Assembly: GCA_963758635.1 (NCBI GenBank)
Contig: CAVWWD010000008.1
Location: forward strand, 992,001-1,056,000
DNA from: an uncultured Candidatus Rokubacteria bacterium
Lineage (GTDB): Bacteria > Methylomirabilota > Methylomirabilia > Rokubacteriales > CSP1-6
Length of the DNA stretch: 64,000 nt
Reading direction: 5' to 3'
The notes below the pieces were generated by a model, which saw nothing but the letters and a program-made list of their open reading frames with translations, was not told the origin of the DNA and made no database searches. How positions within the stretch are numbered: position 1 is the stretch's first letter; each line of letters begins with the position of its first letter. A program made the translations under genes and the position numbers. This document shows positions 23,117 through 35,486 of the stretch, one piece after another.

Positions 23117-25398
23117 CTATTCCCGCCCGCGGGAGGGCGCATCGGTAGAAAGGCGTATGGCGCTACCTAACCTGGGCCCGGCGAACCCGTGGCGGGCCGG
23201 TGGGCGTTCCGAGACCGCACTGGGCGCCGGGACCAGGCCCCGGGAGACTGCGACCCAGGCGGCGACCTGAGTCCGAGAGTTGAAGCCGAGCTTGTTGAGG
23301 ATGTGCTGGACGTGGGCGTCCACGGTCCGCTCGCTGATGCCCAGCGCCCTGCCTATCTCGCGGTTCGAAAGGCCCTCCGTGACGAGCCGGGCCACCTCGT
23401 GCTCACGAGGCGAGAGGGACCGAGGCCGGCGTCCGGCTTGCGGCCGGACGCCGGCCTCGTGGGAGGTGGAAGCGGCACGTGGCCAAGGGCGTGGTCGATC
23501 ATCGCCTCGAGGGGCGTGCGCCGCCCCTCGGCCCAGGCGGTGGCGAAAGCCTGGGGGCCGAGCCCCCTCAGGACCGCGACGATGGATCGACCGATGACGG
23601 TCTCGTCCGCGATCGCGTACTGGTAGTACGGAATCCCGAAGGGCTCGAGTGTGGCCTCGGCACACCCGTAGAGCCGCGCCGCCCGAACGAGGTCGCCCTC
23701 CGCCTGGACCACCACCGCGAGCGCGTGGAGGGTCTGCCCGATGATGCGCGACCGGTCCGCGACTTCGAGGTCGCGGGAGGTCGCGAGGCTCTCGGCCAGC
23801 AACGCTCCTGCTCGCTCCAGGTCCTTGTCGAGCAGCCCAACGCCGAGGTTCATCAGACAGCGGGCGATGGTCTCCCGGTCTCCAAGGCTGCGGGCCAGCA
23901 CCAAGCTCTCATGGTCCAGCGCGACGGCCCGCTCCTCGTCCCATTTGTTCATGGCCGCCGCGCCGTGGAGCAGGCGGGCCCGCAGCGCCGGCGAAGCCCC
24001 GTGGCGCCTGGCGAGCGCCGCGTCGACCCAACGGTAGCCCTCGCCGACGTTGCCACGGAAGAACCAGAACCGACACATGGCGCTGGCCAGGCGCAGGTCG
24101 GCGTCGATGTCGCTGCGCTCCGAGGCCCGGGTGAGCGCAGCCCTGAAATTCTCGTACTCCTCCTCCATCGTCGCGAACCAGTCGGCCGCCTCCCGGCTGT
24201 TGAACAGACCAGCCGCGCGCTCGGCCAGGCCGACGAAGTACGCGAGGTGCCGGTCGCGCACCGCCTCGGCCTCGCCAGCGGCGGTTAGCTGCTCCGAGGC
24301 GTACTCCCGGACGGTCTCCAGCATCCCGTAGCGCGGCTCGCCGGTCGAGGAGGGTTCGTGACGGAGCAGACTCTTGTTGACAAGCTCGGCGATCATCCCG
24401 AGCGCGTCGGCCGGCCCGTCGGCCAGCGCCTGGGCCGCTTCGAGGGTGAAGCCGCCGGCGAAAGCGGCGAGCCGCCGGAACGCGACGCGCTCCACCGGCT
24501 CAAGCAGGTCCTCGCTCCAGGCGATCGCCGCGCTGAGGGCTCGGTGCCGCTCTGGCCGATCCGCGGCGCGCGTCACCAGAAGGGGCAGGCGACGATCGAG
24601 CCGTGTGAGGATGGCCCGGGGCGACAGGACACTCACGCGGGCGGCGGCCAGCTCGATCGCCAGCGGGAGCCCATCGAGCCGCCGGCAGATCTCTGACACC
24701 ACGCGGGCATTGGCCCCATCGAGCCCGAACCGTGGGTGCACCGCCTGCGCTCGGGCGACGAACAGCGCCACGGACGGCACGCGCGCCACCTTCGCAGGAC
24801 GGGTCACCGCGTCGGGGTCGGGCAGGGCCAGCGGGTGGACCGGCACCGCGCGCTCGGCCGCCAGGCCGAGCGCCTCCCGGCTGGTCACCAGCACGTGCAG
24901 ACGGAGACACGACTCGAGGAGGGTCGCCAGGCTCGCGCGCGCGGGGCCGATCTGCTCGAAGTTGTCGAGCAGCAGCAGGACGTGACGGTTCGCCAGGTGC
25001 CGGGCTAGCCGCTCCAGCGGCGGCCGCGACGGGAATCGCCGCAGCGAGAGCCGCTGGATGAGCGTGTGCTCGAAGAGGCCGGGGTCGCGGACAGGGGCCA
25101 GGTCGACAACGACGACGCCCGACTGGAAGGCCTCCTCGACGGCCGCCGCGGCGGCGAGCGCCAGCCGCGTCTTGCCCACGCCCGGCGGCCCGGTGAGCGT
25201 CAACAGTCGGCCGTCGGCGCGACGCAGGGCGCGCACGATCGCGGCCAGCTCGCGAGACCTCCCGATGAGGGGGGTCGGCGGGACGGGCAGCGTCGCGGTC
25301 AAGGCCTGGACCTCGAACTCATCCGAGAGGAGCCACTGCCACAGCGCACGCAAAACCCTCCGCCCGCGCCGGGACCAAGCTATCTGCCCACGTGCCAT
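23117..25398 (-). CDS. Large ATP-binding (STAND) LuxR-family regulator: ATPase-TPR-HTH; frameshift near 23460
   Basis: [86 protein letters not shown]. Confidence 0.88.
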
Positions 25399-25550
25399 CG
25401 TAGGTAGGCACAGCACCAGCGTCAAGCCGCAGGCGGCTCCCACACTCGGGGACGGCCAGCAGATCGATCGCGAACGCCCGGAGCTTTGATTTTCGGAGTC
25501 CCCGTGAGGGTTTGCGGGGGAGCGTGCTAGCCTCGCGCTGGAGGCCGCCG

Positions 25551-26135
25551 ATGATGGCCGGAGGAGCCGCGCCCGCTGCCGGAGCTCCCGGGGTGGAGAT
25601 CCGCCCGTACCGCCTGAACGACGCTGTCGCGGTGGCGGAGGCCGTGCGCGAATCGGTCGCGGAGCTACGTCCGTGGATGCCGTGGTGCCATGGGGACTAC
25701 TCGGTGGAGGAGTCGCGCTCCTGGATCGAGCAACAAGTGCCCGCCTTCCAGCGGCGTGACGAGTTCGAGTTCGCGATCGTGGCCACCGAGGGTCGAATCC
25801 TCGGCGGGTGCGGCCTCAACCACCTCGACGCCCTCAACCGGCGTGCGAACCTCGGCTACTGGGTCCGTTCCAGCGAGACGCGCCGGGGGGTGGCCACGGC
25901 GGCAGTGCGCCAGCTCCGCGAGTGGGCGTTCGAGAACACGGACCTGGTCCGCCTCGAGGTGGTGATCGCCTCCGGGAACGCCGCGAGCCACCGCGTCGCG
26001 GAGAAGTCGGGCGCGGCGCGGGAGGGCACGCTCCGCCGGCGCCTCGTGCTCCACGGCGTGGCCCACGACGCGACGATGTTCTCCTTCGTCCGCGAGCCTC
26101 CGGTGAGGGACGCCCTGGCGAGCCGTCGCGTCTAG
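25551..26135 (+). CDS. GNAT N-acetyltransferase, RimJ/RimL type
   Basis: [37 protein letters not shown]. Confidence 0.88.
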   Translation: MMAGGAAPAAGAPGVEIRPYRLNDAVAVAEAVRESVAELRPWMPWCHGDYSVEESRSWIEQQVPAFQRRDEFEFAIVATEGRILGGCGLNHLDALNRRANLGYWVRSSETRRGVATAAVRQLREWAFENTDLVRLEVVIASGNAASHRVAEKSGAAREGTLRRRLVLHGVAHDATMFSFVREPPVRDALASRRV

Positions 26136-27448
26136 GCGTCGCCGCGGCTGGCGCGCTCGATCTCCTCGCGGATGAGCCGCCGGACGCGGCGCCCGGCCAG
26201 CGTCACGCCGCGCGGGACGCCCACGACCAGGGCGAGCGCGAGGAGGGCGGCGCCTCCCCAGGTCAGCCACCAGCGCACCTCCTCGCGGTGCAGGTACCCC
26301 TGCTCACGGTGCTTCAGCTGGCAGTCCTCCCACACGCGGTCGACGTTCGGGAAAGCCGGGATGGATGGCGCTGGCCGCCGCCATGTTCTTGTAGGCCGTG
26401 TAGTGGAGATCACGCAGGTAGTGGTCGACGCCGCGGTTCCAGAGCCGCGTGAACTGGCTGTCCGGCTGAGGGTGTGACGCCCGCCTTCTGCGCGGCCGCG
26501 TGCAGTGTTTCCACCGGGAATGAGGAAGTTGAATCCCTGGACGACCTGGGTGCCCTGGAGCGACGTGAAGGTCGCCGCGCCGATCACCTGGCCGCGCTCG
26601 TCAAAGACGGGCCCGCCGCTGTTGCCCTGGATGATGGCAGCGTCGGTCTGGATGACGCGCTGCCCGCCGACGTCCTGCTTGAAGCCCGAGACGCGTCCGA
26701 CGGTGACGCTCGGCTCGAAGCGTGTAGCCTGGCTCAGCAGCTCGTGGGCCGCGACGACGCCGGGGAAACCGATCACGAAGAGCGTCTGGCCCAGGTTGAG
26801 ATCGGTGCTCCTGGGAGCGAGCTTCACCACGGGCAGGTCCCGCGCCTCGATCTTGACGATGGCCACGTCCTTGCCGCGCTCGGAGATCACCTTGCCCATC
26901 GCGTCCTGCCGGCGGCTCACCTCGACGTAGGCGGGCGGGTCGTAATGGCGGACCTGGGCCGGGTACATCTTCCCGTTCGAGAGCGTCACCTGGAGGCGCT
27001 TCGTGATGGTCACGGCGTCGCGGTTGGCGGCGAGCGCGGCCAGGGCGGCGAGGCGCCGGGCTCGCTCGTCGGCGGCGAGGCCGTCGAGATCGGGGCCGCA
27101 CGCCGCGGCCACCGCCTTGTCGATCAGCTCCGAGCGGAGGGCCGGATCGTCCTGCTCGACGAAGGGCTGGACAACGTGGCCGTTGGTCACGATCCAGCCG
27201 TCCGGATGGATGATGGAGCCGCTGCCGATCCAGGTCGCGGGGGCAGGGCGGGCGGCGACGCGCGTCCCGCTCCCACAGTCGACGTTGCCGCCGGCGGTGG
27301 CGTCGACACCGATCAGCACGACCGCGGGCTTGGCCCGGAACACCGCCGACTGGAGCTCCGCCTCCGTCGCCCCTCGTGCCGGTCCCGGAGCAGCCGCGGT
27401 GAGCAGGGTGGCGATCACGATCCAGCCTCGTCGTCTCCGTGTGCGCAT
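26132..27448 (-). CDS. Secreted trypsin-like serine protease with C-terminal TM anchor; compensating indels near 26500-26370
   Basis: GSGSIIHPDGWIVTNGHVV, KDVAIVKI, IQTDAAIIQGNSGGP. Confidence 0.85.
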   Translation of the reverse strand: MRTRRRRGWIVIATLLTAAAPGPARGATEAELQSAVFRAKPAVVLIGVDATAGGNVDCGSGTRVAARPAPATWIGSGSIIHPDGWIVTNGHVVQPFVEQDDPALRSELIDKAVAAACGPDLDGLAADERARRLAALAALAANRDAVTITKRLQVTLSNGKMYPAQVRHYDPPAYVEVSRRQDAMGKVISERGKDVAIVKIEARDLPVVKLAPRSTDLNLGQTLFVIGFPGVVAAHELLSQATRFEPSVTVGRVSGFKQDVGGQRVIQTDAAIIQGNSGGPVFDERGQVIGAATFTSLQGTQVVQGFNFLIPGGNTARGRAEGGRHTLSRTASSRGSGTAASTTTCVISTTRPTRTWRRPAPSIPAFPNVDRVWEDCQLKHREQGYLHREEVRWWLTWGGAALLALALVVGVPRGVTLAGRRVRRLIREEIERASRGDA

Positions 27449-27650
27449 GAGGCTCCCCCTTTGACGATGGTTGGCGCGGGTGCCGTCACGGTCCTCCGCG
27501 GGCGCCGCCGCAACACACTTGTAACCCATGAACGCCGCCACGGACCCCCGTGCTCGAGATTTCACCTTCCGTTGACAAGGCCCGCTACCTGGCCGAGCGC
27601 TCGAATCTCGACCGGGGCGGGGGATCGTGCTTTCCTATACGCGAGCCAGG

Positions 27651-30291
27651 ATGACCAGCGAGGAACGGCGGCTCCGGGAAGCGGAAGCGCGCACCGCCCA
27701 CTGGCGGCGATGGGGGCCGTACCTGTCCGAGCGCCAGTGGTCCACGGTGCGTGAGGACTACAGCCGCGGCGGCGCGGCCTGGGACGACTTCCCCCACGAC
27801 CACGCGCGGTCCCGCGCGTACCGGTGGGGCGAGGACGGCCTGCTCGGGATCTCGGACAACCACCAGCGACTCTGCTTCGCCCTCGCCCTCTGGAACGGCC
27901 GCGATGGGATCCTCAAGGAGCGCCTGTTCGGTCTCACCGGCAAGGAAGGCAACCACGGCGAGGACGTGAAGGAGTGCTACTTCTACCTCGACTCCACGCC
28001 CACGCACTCGTACATGAAGGGCCTCTACAAGTATCCGCAGGCCGCCTTCCCGTACGAGGCGCTGCTCGAGGAAAACGGCCGGCGGTCCCGCCGGGCGCCG
28101 GAGTTCGAGCTCCTCGACACCGGCGTCTTCGACGACGACCGCTACTGGGACGTCACCGTCGAGTACGCGAAGGCGGGAGTCGACGACCTCCTGATCCGCG
28201 TGAGCGCGACCAATCGCGGCCCGGACCCGGCCACCCTCGACCTGATCCCGACCCTCTGGTTCCGGAACACGTGGGCCTGGGACCACGGGGCGAAGCGGCC
28301 GCTGCTCCGCGCGGGAGCCGGCGGGCGCGACGCCGTCGTCGAGGCCGAGCACGAGACGCTCGGCCGGCGCTGGCTCCATGCCGAGGGCGAGCCCGAGCTC
28401 CTGTTCACCGACAACGACACCAATGCGATCCGCCTCTGGGGCGTGCCGTCGCCGACCCCGTACGTGAAGGACGGCATCAACGACCACGTGGTCTCCGGGC
28501 GCACGGACGCGGTCAACCCGGAGCGGACCGGCACCAAGGTGGGCGCGCGCTATCGGCGCGAGGCGGCGCCGGGCCAGACGATCACGGTGCGGCTCCGCCT
28601 CACCGACCGGGCCGAGCCGCGGCCGTTCGGGCGCGGGTTCGACACGCTCATGGAGCGGCGCATCCGCGAGGCCGACGACGTTCTACGCCACCGTGATCCC
28701 GGCGAGCCTGTCCGCCGACGGCCGGAACGTGATGCGCCAGGCCTTCGCCGGGCTCCTCTGGTCCAAGCAGTTCTACCATTACGACGTCCGGCGCTGGCTC
28801 ACCGGGGATCCCACCGGCCCGCGGCCCCCCGCCGAGCGGTGGCGCGGCCGGAACCGCGAGTGGCAGCACCTCTACAACGAAGACGTCATCTCGATGCCGG
28901 ACAAGTGGGAGTACCCGTGGTACGCGGCGTGGGACCTCGCGTTCCACATGATCCCCATCGCGCTCGTCGACCCCGATTTCGCGAAGAGCCAGCTCCTGCT
29001 GTTCCTCCGCGAGTGGTACATGCACCCGAACGGGCAGATCCCCGCCTACGAGTGGGCGCTCGGCGACGTGAACCCGCCCGTCCACGCCTGGGCCGCGTGG
29101 CGCGTGTACAAGATCGACAAGCGCCTGCGCGGCGTCGCCGACCGCGAGTTCCTCGAGAAGGTCTTCCACAAGCTGCTGCTGAACTTCACGTGGTGGGTGA
29201 ACCGGAAGGACGCCGAGGGCAACAACGTGTTCCAGGGCGGCTTCCTCGGCCTCGACAACATCGGCGTCTTCGACCGGTCCGCGCCGCTGCCCACGGGCGG
29301 GCACATGGAGCAGTCGGACGGCACCTCGTGGATGGGCATGTACTGCCTCAACATGCTGGCCATCGCGCTCGAGCTGGCGGTGGAGGATCGCGCCTACGAG
29401 GACGTGGCGTCGAAGTTCTTCGAGCACTTCGTGTACATCGCGCACGCCATGGACGACCTCGGCGGCGAGGGGCTCTCCCTCTGGAACGAGGCGGACGGCT
29501 TCTACTACGACGTGCTCCACACCGAAGGCGAGCGGCCGCTGCCCCTCAAGGTGCGGTCGATGGTCGGGCTGATCCCGCTGTTCGCGGTGGAGACCCTCGA
29601 GCCCGAGATCCTCGACCGGCTGCCCGGATTCAAGCGCCGCATGCAGTGGTTCGTGGACAACCGGCCCGACCTCGTCGACCACGTCGTCGAGGTGCAGCGG
29701 ATGGACGGCTCGATCCGGCGCCTCCTCTCGGTGGTGACCCAGGCCCAGCTCCCGCGGGTGCTCCGCTACATGCTCGACGAGCAGGAGTTCCTCTCGCCGT
29801 ACGGCATCCGGGCGCTGTCGCGCTACCACCGCGAGCATCCCTACCTCGTGCACGTGATGGGGATGGAGCATCGCGTGGACTACGAGCCCGCCGAGTCGGC
29901 CTCGGACCTCTTCGGCGGCAACTCGAACTGGCGCGGGCCGATCTGGTTCCCGGTGAACTACCTGCTGATCGAGTCGCTGCAGCGGTTCCACCACTTCTTC
30001 GGCGACGGCCTCACCGTGGCCTGCCCGACAGGGTCCGGGAACCGCCTGAACCTCTGGGAGGTGGCGGCCGACCTCTCGCGGCGCCTGACGAGCATCTTCC
30101 GCGCCGACACCGACTCGGGGCGGCGGCCCGTGTTCGGCGACCGGGCACGCCTGCAGACCGATCCCCACTGGAGGGACCTGGTCCTCTTCTACGAATACTT
30201 CCACGGCGAGACCGGCGCCGGGCTCGGGGCGAGCCATCAGACGGGCTGGACCGGGCTGGTCGCCAAGCTGCTGCAGCAGAGCGGCGAGTAA
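27651..30291 (+). CDS. GH63/MGH1-like glycoside hydrolase (glucosidase); frameshift near 28680
   Basis: [75 protein letters not shown]. Confidence 0.9.
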
Positions 30292-30342
30292 GCACTCACA
30301 CGGCCCCGGCTCGAGCGAGAGCGGCGGCGAGGAGACGACGCG

Positions 30343-31326
30343 ATGCAGATCGGCATGGTGGGCCTCGGGCGGATGGGCGGGAACATGGCGCGCCGTCTGC
30401 TGAAGGGCGGCCACGAGGTGGTCGGCTACGCGCCGGACGCCGCCGCGGTGAAGCAGATCGTGGCCGACGGCGGGGCGGGCACGCAGAGCCTGGACGACCT
30501 GGTGGCGGCGCTGCGCGCGCCGCGCGTGGCCTGGGCGATGGTGCCGGCGGGCGCGGCGACGGAGCAGGTCGTGCTGGACCTTGCCTCGCGGCTCTCGCCC
30601 GGCGACACGATCATCGACGGCGGCAACTCGTTCTACAAGGACGACGTGCGGCGCGCCGGCCTCCTGCGGGATCGGCGCATCCACTACGTGGACGTCGGCA
30701 CGAGCGGCGGGGTCTGGGGCCTCGAGCGCGGCTACTGCCTCATGATCGGCGGCGAGACGGACGTGGTCCGGCGCCTCGACCCCATCTTCCGCACGCTGGC
30801 GCCCGGGATGGGCGACATTCCCCGCACGCCGGGGCGCGAGAAGGTCCCGGGCACCGCCGAGCACGGGTACCTGCACTGCGGCCCCTCGGGGGCCGGGCAC
30901 TTCGTGAAGATGATCCACAACGGGATCGAGTACGGGCTGATGCAGGCCTACGCCGAGGGGCTCGACATCTTCAAGAACGCGACGTCGAAGGACCTGCCCG
31001 CGGAGCTGCGCTACGACCTGGACATCGCGAGCATCACCGAGCTGTGGCGCCGGGGCAGCGTGGTGAGCTCCTGGCTCCTCGACCTGACCGCGCAGGCCCT
31101 GGTCGAGGACCCCGCCCTCGCCGGCTACACGGGCTTCGTCCAGGACTCGGGCGAGGGCCGCTGGACCGTCATGGCCGCCGTCGAGGAGGGCGTGCCCGCC
31201 GACGTGCTCTCCGCCGCGCTCTACGTGCGGTTCCGGTCGCGCCAGGAGCACACGTTCGCCGAGAAGGTGCTCTCCGCGATGCGCCACAAGTTCGGCGGGC
31301 ACACGGAGCCGCCCGCGAAGGGCTGA
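30343..31326 (+). CDS. gnd: Decarboxylating 6-phosphogluconate dehydrogenase (short YqeC/GntZ type)
   Basis: [47 protein letters not shown]. Confidence 0.93.
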   Translation: MQIGMVGLGRMGGNMARRLLKGGHEVVGYAPDAAAVKQIVADGGAGTQSLDDLVAALRAPRVAWAMVPAGAATEQVVLDLASRLSPGDTIIDGGNSFYKDDVRRAGLLRDRRIHYVDVGTSGGVWGLERGYCLMIGGETDVVRRLDPIFRTLAPGMGDIPRTPGREKVPGTAEHGYLHCGPSGAGHFVKMIHNGIEYGLMQAYAEGLDIFKNATSKDLPAELRYDLDIASITELWRRGSVVSSWLLDLTAQALVEDPALAGYTGFVQDSGEGRWTVMAAVEEGVPADVLSAALYVRFRSRQEHTFAEKVLSAMRHKFGGHTEPPAKG

Positions 31327-31346
31327 TTTCCGGGTTCGCGCGCCTA

Positions 31347-31400
31347 GTCTGCGGTGGTATCCACGGCAGTTCGGTCTGCGGTGGTTTCCACTGCATTTCC
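31347..31400. repeat. Two adjacent 27-nt direct repeats, each with an internal hairpin
   Basis: GTCTGCGGTGGTATCCACGGCAGTTCG / GTCTGCGGTGGTTTCCACTGCATTTCC. Confidence 0.7.
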
Positions 31401-31424
31401 CTATACGCTCGCCTCGCCTTCGGC

Positions 31425-32849
31425 TCAGCTCGCAAGGCCGCCGGCTCGGCTCGCAAGGCGCCGCGCCAGCGCGCCGAGGCCGTCGTACGCCGCGTACTTG
31501 TACGCCTCGCCCAGCGTGGGGTAGTTGAAGACCGCGTTGATGAAGGCGTCGATGGCGCCGCCCGCCTGCATGACCATGAGGCCCACGTGCACCAGCTCGG
31601 CCGCGCTGTCGCCGATGATGTGCACGCCCAGCAGCGCGCGGTCGGAGGCCCGGAAGACCAGCTTCACCTGGCCGGCGAGGTCGCCCACGATCTGACCGCG
31701 CGCGTTCTGGCGGTAGAGGGCGCGCCCCACCTCGTGGTCGATGCCCTTGGCGCGGCAGGTCTCCTCGGTCTCGCCCGCCATGGCCACCTCCGGGATCGTG
31801 TACACGGCGAGCGGGAAGATCGCGGCCACGCGCGTCTTGTACTTCAGGTCGAACGCGTGGCACATGGCGACCCGCGCCTGCTCCATCGAGGTGGCGGCCA
31901 GGGCGGGGAAGCCGATGACGTCGCCGACCGCGTACACGTGCGGGAGCGCGGTCTGGTAGTGCTCGTTCACGGCGAGCTGGCCGCGGTCGTCGGTGGCGAG
32001 GCCGGCGGCGGCGAGGCCCAGGCCCGCGGTGTTGGCGAGGCGGCCCGCGGCCACCAGGACGGCGTCCACCTCGATCGCGCCGCCGGCTCGGAGCTCCATC
32101 GTGATGCCGTCGGGGCCGGGCACGAAGCGGGTGATCGCCTCGCCGATCCGGAGGTCCACGCCCAGGAGCCCGAGCTGCACGCGCAGGCGGTCCGAGGTCT
32201 CCGCGTCGAGGAAGGGCAGCAGGCGCGGGCGGCCGTCGATCATCACCACCCGGATCCCCAGCGCCGCGAACATCGACGCGTACTCGCAGCCGATCACGCC
32301 CGCGCCGACCACGCCCAGGGTCCGCGGCAGGGTCGTCATGCCGAGGATGCTGTCGCTGTCGTAGACGCGCGGGTCGCCGGCGGGCAGGTCGCGGCCGGGA
32401 TTCGGCACCGACCCCGTGGCGACCAGGATGACGTCGCCCGCGATGGTCCGCGCGGCGCCGCCGTGGGGCGGCGTGACCGCGATGGTGTGGGGGTCGGCGA
32501 AGGCGGCGGTCCCGCGGATCAGCTCGATCCGGTGGCGCTCGATGTTGGCGTGGACGACCTCGCGGAGCGACCGCACCACTTCCTGCTCCCGGTGGAGGAA
32601 GTCGCGGACCGTGAAGTCCTGGAGCGGCGGCATGTCCACGCCGTAGAGGCCGCGCTGGGCGAGCCCCGAGAAGTACAGCGCGGTCTCGCGCAGCGTCTTC
32701 GACGGGATGGTGCCGGTGTTGACGCCCGCGCCGCCCACGTGGGACGCGGCCTCGACGAGGGCCACGCGCTTGCCGAAGTAGGCGGCCTGGGCGGCGCCCT
32801 TCTCGCCCGCCGGGCCGGAGCCGATGACGACCAGGTCGTAGCGGTCCAG
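31425..32849 (-). CDS. sthA: Soluble pyridine nucleotide transhydrogenase (Si-specific); start codon unclear (CTG or error)
   Basis: [28 protein letters not shown] (no redox CxxxxC), [47 protein letters not shown]. Confidence 0.9.
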   Translation of the reverse strand: MDRYDLVVIGSGPAGEKGAAQAAYFGKRVALVEAASHVGGAGVNTGTIPSKTLRETALYFSGLAQRGLYGVDMPPLQDFTVRDFLHREQEVVRSLREVVHANIERHRIELIRGTAAFADPHTIAVTPPHGGAARTIAGDVILVATGSVPNPGRDLPAGDPRVYDSDSILGMTTLPRTLGVVGAGVIGCEYASMFAALGIRVVMIDGRPRLLPFLDAETSDRLRVQLGLLGVDLRIGEAITRFVPGPDGITMELRAGGAIEVDAVLVAAGRLANTAGLGLAAAGLATDDRGQLAVNEHYQTALPHVYAVGDVIGFPALAATSMEQARVAMCHAFDLKYKTRVAAIFPLAVYTIPEVAMAGETEETCRAKGIDHEVGRALYRQNARGQIVGDLAGQVKLVFRASDRALLGVHIIGDSAAELVHVGLMVMQAGGAIDAFINAVFNYPTLGEAYKYAAYDGLGALARRLASRAGGLAS

Positions 32850-32853
32850 CGCG

Positions 32854-34253
32854 TCAGTCCTGACGCCGCCTGAGCATCTGCTGGAGGCTCTGGCGGGTGA
32901 GGCCGAGCCGCTCCGCCGCCCGCGTCTTGGACCCGCACTCGCGGAGCGCGTCCTCGATCATCTGGCGCTTGAGCTGCTCGATGGCGTCCCCGAGGGTGAG
33001 GCGCGCCTCGGCCGGGGCGTCGGGCAGCTGGCGGATGCGATCGGACAGGTGCTCGAGGCCGATGGGCTGGCCGGTGTCGGCGAGGGCGACCGCCCGCTCG
33101 ATCTCGTTCTCCAGCTCGCGCACGTTGCCGGGGAAGGGGTAGGCGCGGAGCGCGCGCAGCGCCTCCGCCGCGATGGACGGGACGGCTCGCCGCGCCCGCT
33201 CCCGGTAGATCCTCAGGAAGTGCTCGGCCAGGATCGGGACGTCCTCGCTGCGCTCGCGGAGCGCGGGCAGGCGGATCGGGAACACGTTCAGCCGGTAGTA
33301 GAGGTCCCGCCGGAACCGCCCGGCCGCCACCTCGGCCTCCAGGTCCGCGTTCGTCGCGGCGAGCACGCGGACGTCGACCTTGCGCGCCGTCTGGGTCCCG
33401 AGGCGGCGGATCTCGCCGTCCTGGAGGACGCGGAGGAGCCGGAGCTGCATGGCCGGGGAGGTGTCGCCGATCTCGTCCAGGAAGACCGTGCCGCCGTCCG
33501 CCTCCTCGAAGAGGCCCTTCCGGTCGCCGGTGGCGCCGGTGAAGGCGCCGCGCGCATGGCCGAACAGCTCCGACTCGAGGAGCGACTCGGGGAGCGCGCC
33601 GCAGTTCTGGGCCACGAAGCGGGCGTTCCGGCGGGGGCCGTTGTCGTGGATGAGGCGGGCGAAGAGCTCCTTGCCCGTGCCGGTCTCGCCGAGGAGCAGC
33701 ACCGTCGTGTCGGCGTCGAGGATCTTGCGCGCGAGCGCCACGGCCGGCCGCAGGCCCGTGCCCGCGCCGACCAGGCCCTCGAAGGACAGCGGGCGCTCGC
33801 GCGTGGCCGCCGCCTCGCGGCGGAGCGTGTTCAGGGCCAGCTCCAGCTCGTCGCGCAGCCGCGCGTTGTCCGCGGCGAGGGCGTAGCGCTCGGCGGCCCG
33901 CCGCACCACCAGGCGCAGCTCCGTCGGGATCCCACGGCTTGGGGATGAAGTGGTAGATGCGCCCGGTGTTGATCGCGTCCATCAGGCTGTCGACGTCGGT
34001 GTACGCGGTGAGGACGATGCGCACGGCGTCGGGGCAGATGTCCTGGCTCCGGCGCAGCAGCTCGACCCCGGTCATGCCCGGCATGCGGTAGTCGGTGACG
34101 ATGACCGCGACGTCGGCGCCGGGCAGGAGCTCCAGCGCCTGCGCGCCGCTGCCCGCGCGCAAGACGCGGAACTCCGCGGCGAGGATGGCCTCGAGCGCGT
34201 CGAGCACGCGCGGCTCGTCGTCGACGACGAGGATGGTTGTCGGCTGGCTCCAC
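32854..34253 (-). CDS. NtrC-family sigma54-dependent response regulator (REC-AAA+-Fis HTH); frameshifts near 33925 and 34240
   Basis: [67 protein letters not shown]. Confidence 0.92.
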
Positions 34254-34261
34254 TGGTGTCC

Positions 34262-35486
34262 TCACCCCGGTCCGTCCGGGCCCAGCGAGGGGCCGTCGGT
34301 CGGGCGGGCAGCGCGAGGCGGGGAGCTACCCGGGCGGCGGCGGCGGCGTCCCGCGGCCCGAGGATCTCGTAGAGCGTCTCGCGCTCCTTCAGCCCCTTGA
34401 GCCTCGGGGAGCCCAGCTCGCGGTAGCGGACGAGATCCGAACCTCGCGGAACGTGCCCTCGGCGGCGATTATATGCGCGTCGAACAGGCGTGTCATGCGC
34501 TGGATGCGCGCCGCCGCGATCATGGGCCGGCCCACCACGACCAGCTCGCGCCGCTCCGCCGAGCCGATGGTGCCGGCCAGCACCGGGCCGGAGGCGATGC
34601 CCACGCCGATGTCGAAGCGGGGCACGCCTTCGCCGGCCCAGCGGCGGGCCAGGCGCGCGCACCGCCGCCACCATGTCGATCGCCGCGCGCACCGCCCGCG
34701 CGGGCGCGTCGGCGGCCGCCTCCGCGAGCCCGAAGAGGACCACGATCTCGTCGCCGATGAGCTGCTCGACCGTCCCTGGTGGCGGAAGATCACCTCGATC
34801 ATCTCGGTGAGGTAGCGGTCGAGGAGCCGGATGACGATCGGGCCCGGGCGTGGTCTCGATCAGCCGCGTGTAGCCGCGGATGTCCGCGAAGAGGACGGTG
34901 GCCTCCCGCCAGTCGCCGGGCTGGTCGAGGAGCGCCGGGTTGCCGAGGGCCATGTCGGCGAGACGCGGCGAGACGTAGCGCTGGAGCTGGGCCCGCACCG
35001 CCGCCTCGCGCACGGCGCGGTCCTGCGTGGCGCGAAGGTCGGCCAGCGTGGCCTCGAGGTCGCGCGTTCTTCGTCGCGAGGTCGCGCAGGAGCTGGCCGC
35101 GCTCGACGGCGAGGCGATAGCGCTCCACGCCGCGCCGCACGGTGTGGGTGAGCTCGGTGGGGTCCCACGGCTTCAGGATGAAGTGGTAGATGTTGGCGGC
35201 GTTGATGGACGTCCATCAGGGCGTCGGCGTCGGTGAAGGCGGTCAGGAGCACCCGCACCGTCTCCGGCGCCACGTCCCGGCAGCGCGCGAGCAGCTCCGT
35301 GCCCGCCATCCCGGGCATCCGCTGGTCGCTCACGACGAGGGCGACCTCCTCGCGCTCGAGCAGGTCCAGCGCGGCGTCCGGCCGCTCGGCCCGGAGCACG
35401 CGGTAGTCCATGGCCAGCAGGGCCTCCAGGGAGTCGAGGACGCGGACCTCGTCGTCGACCAGCAGGACGGTGGCCTCCGCCGTCAC
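34262..35486 (-). CDS. Response regulator: REC fused to class III adenylate/guanylate cyclase domain with atypical active site; several frameshifts
   Basis: VLLVDDE, VSDQRMPGMAG, LQRYVSP, ATVLFADIRGYT, EQLIGDEIVVLFG, IGVGIASGPVLAGTIGS. Confidence 0.85.

Noticed and set aside
23117..25398. Avs/NLR-like defence STAND ATPase
   Set aside because: The C-terminal LuxR HTH and absence of an N-terminal effector indicate a transcriptional regulator.
31347..31400. Possible mini CRISPR array
   Set aside because: Only two abutting repeats, no spacers, no cas genes.
27627..32873. 1748-aa giant ORF
   Set aside because: GH63 N-terminus followed by off-frame and antisense read-through in GC-rich DNA.
34262..35486. 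Pycsar/CBASS anti-phage system
   Set aside because: The cyclase is REC-fused within a two-component operon; no cNMP-binding TM/TIR effector is adjacent.
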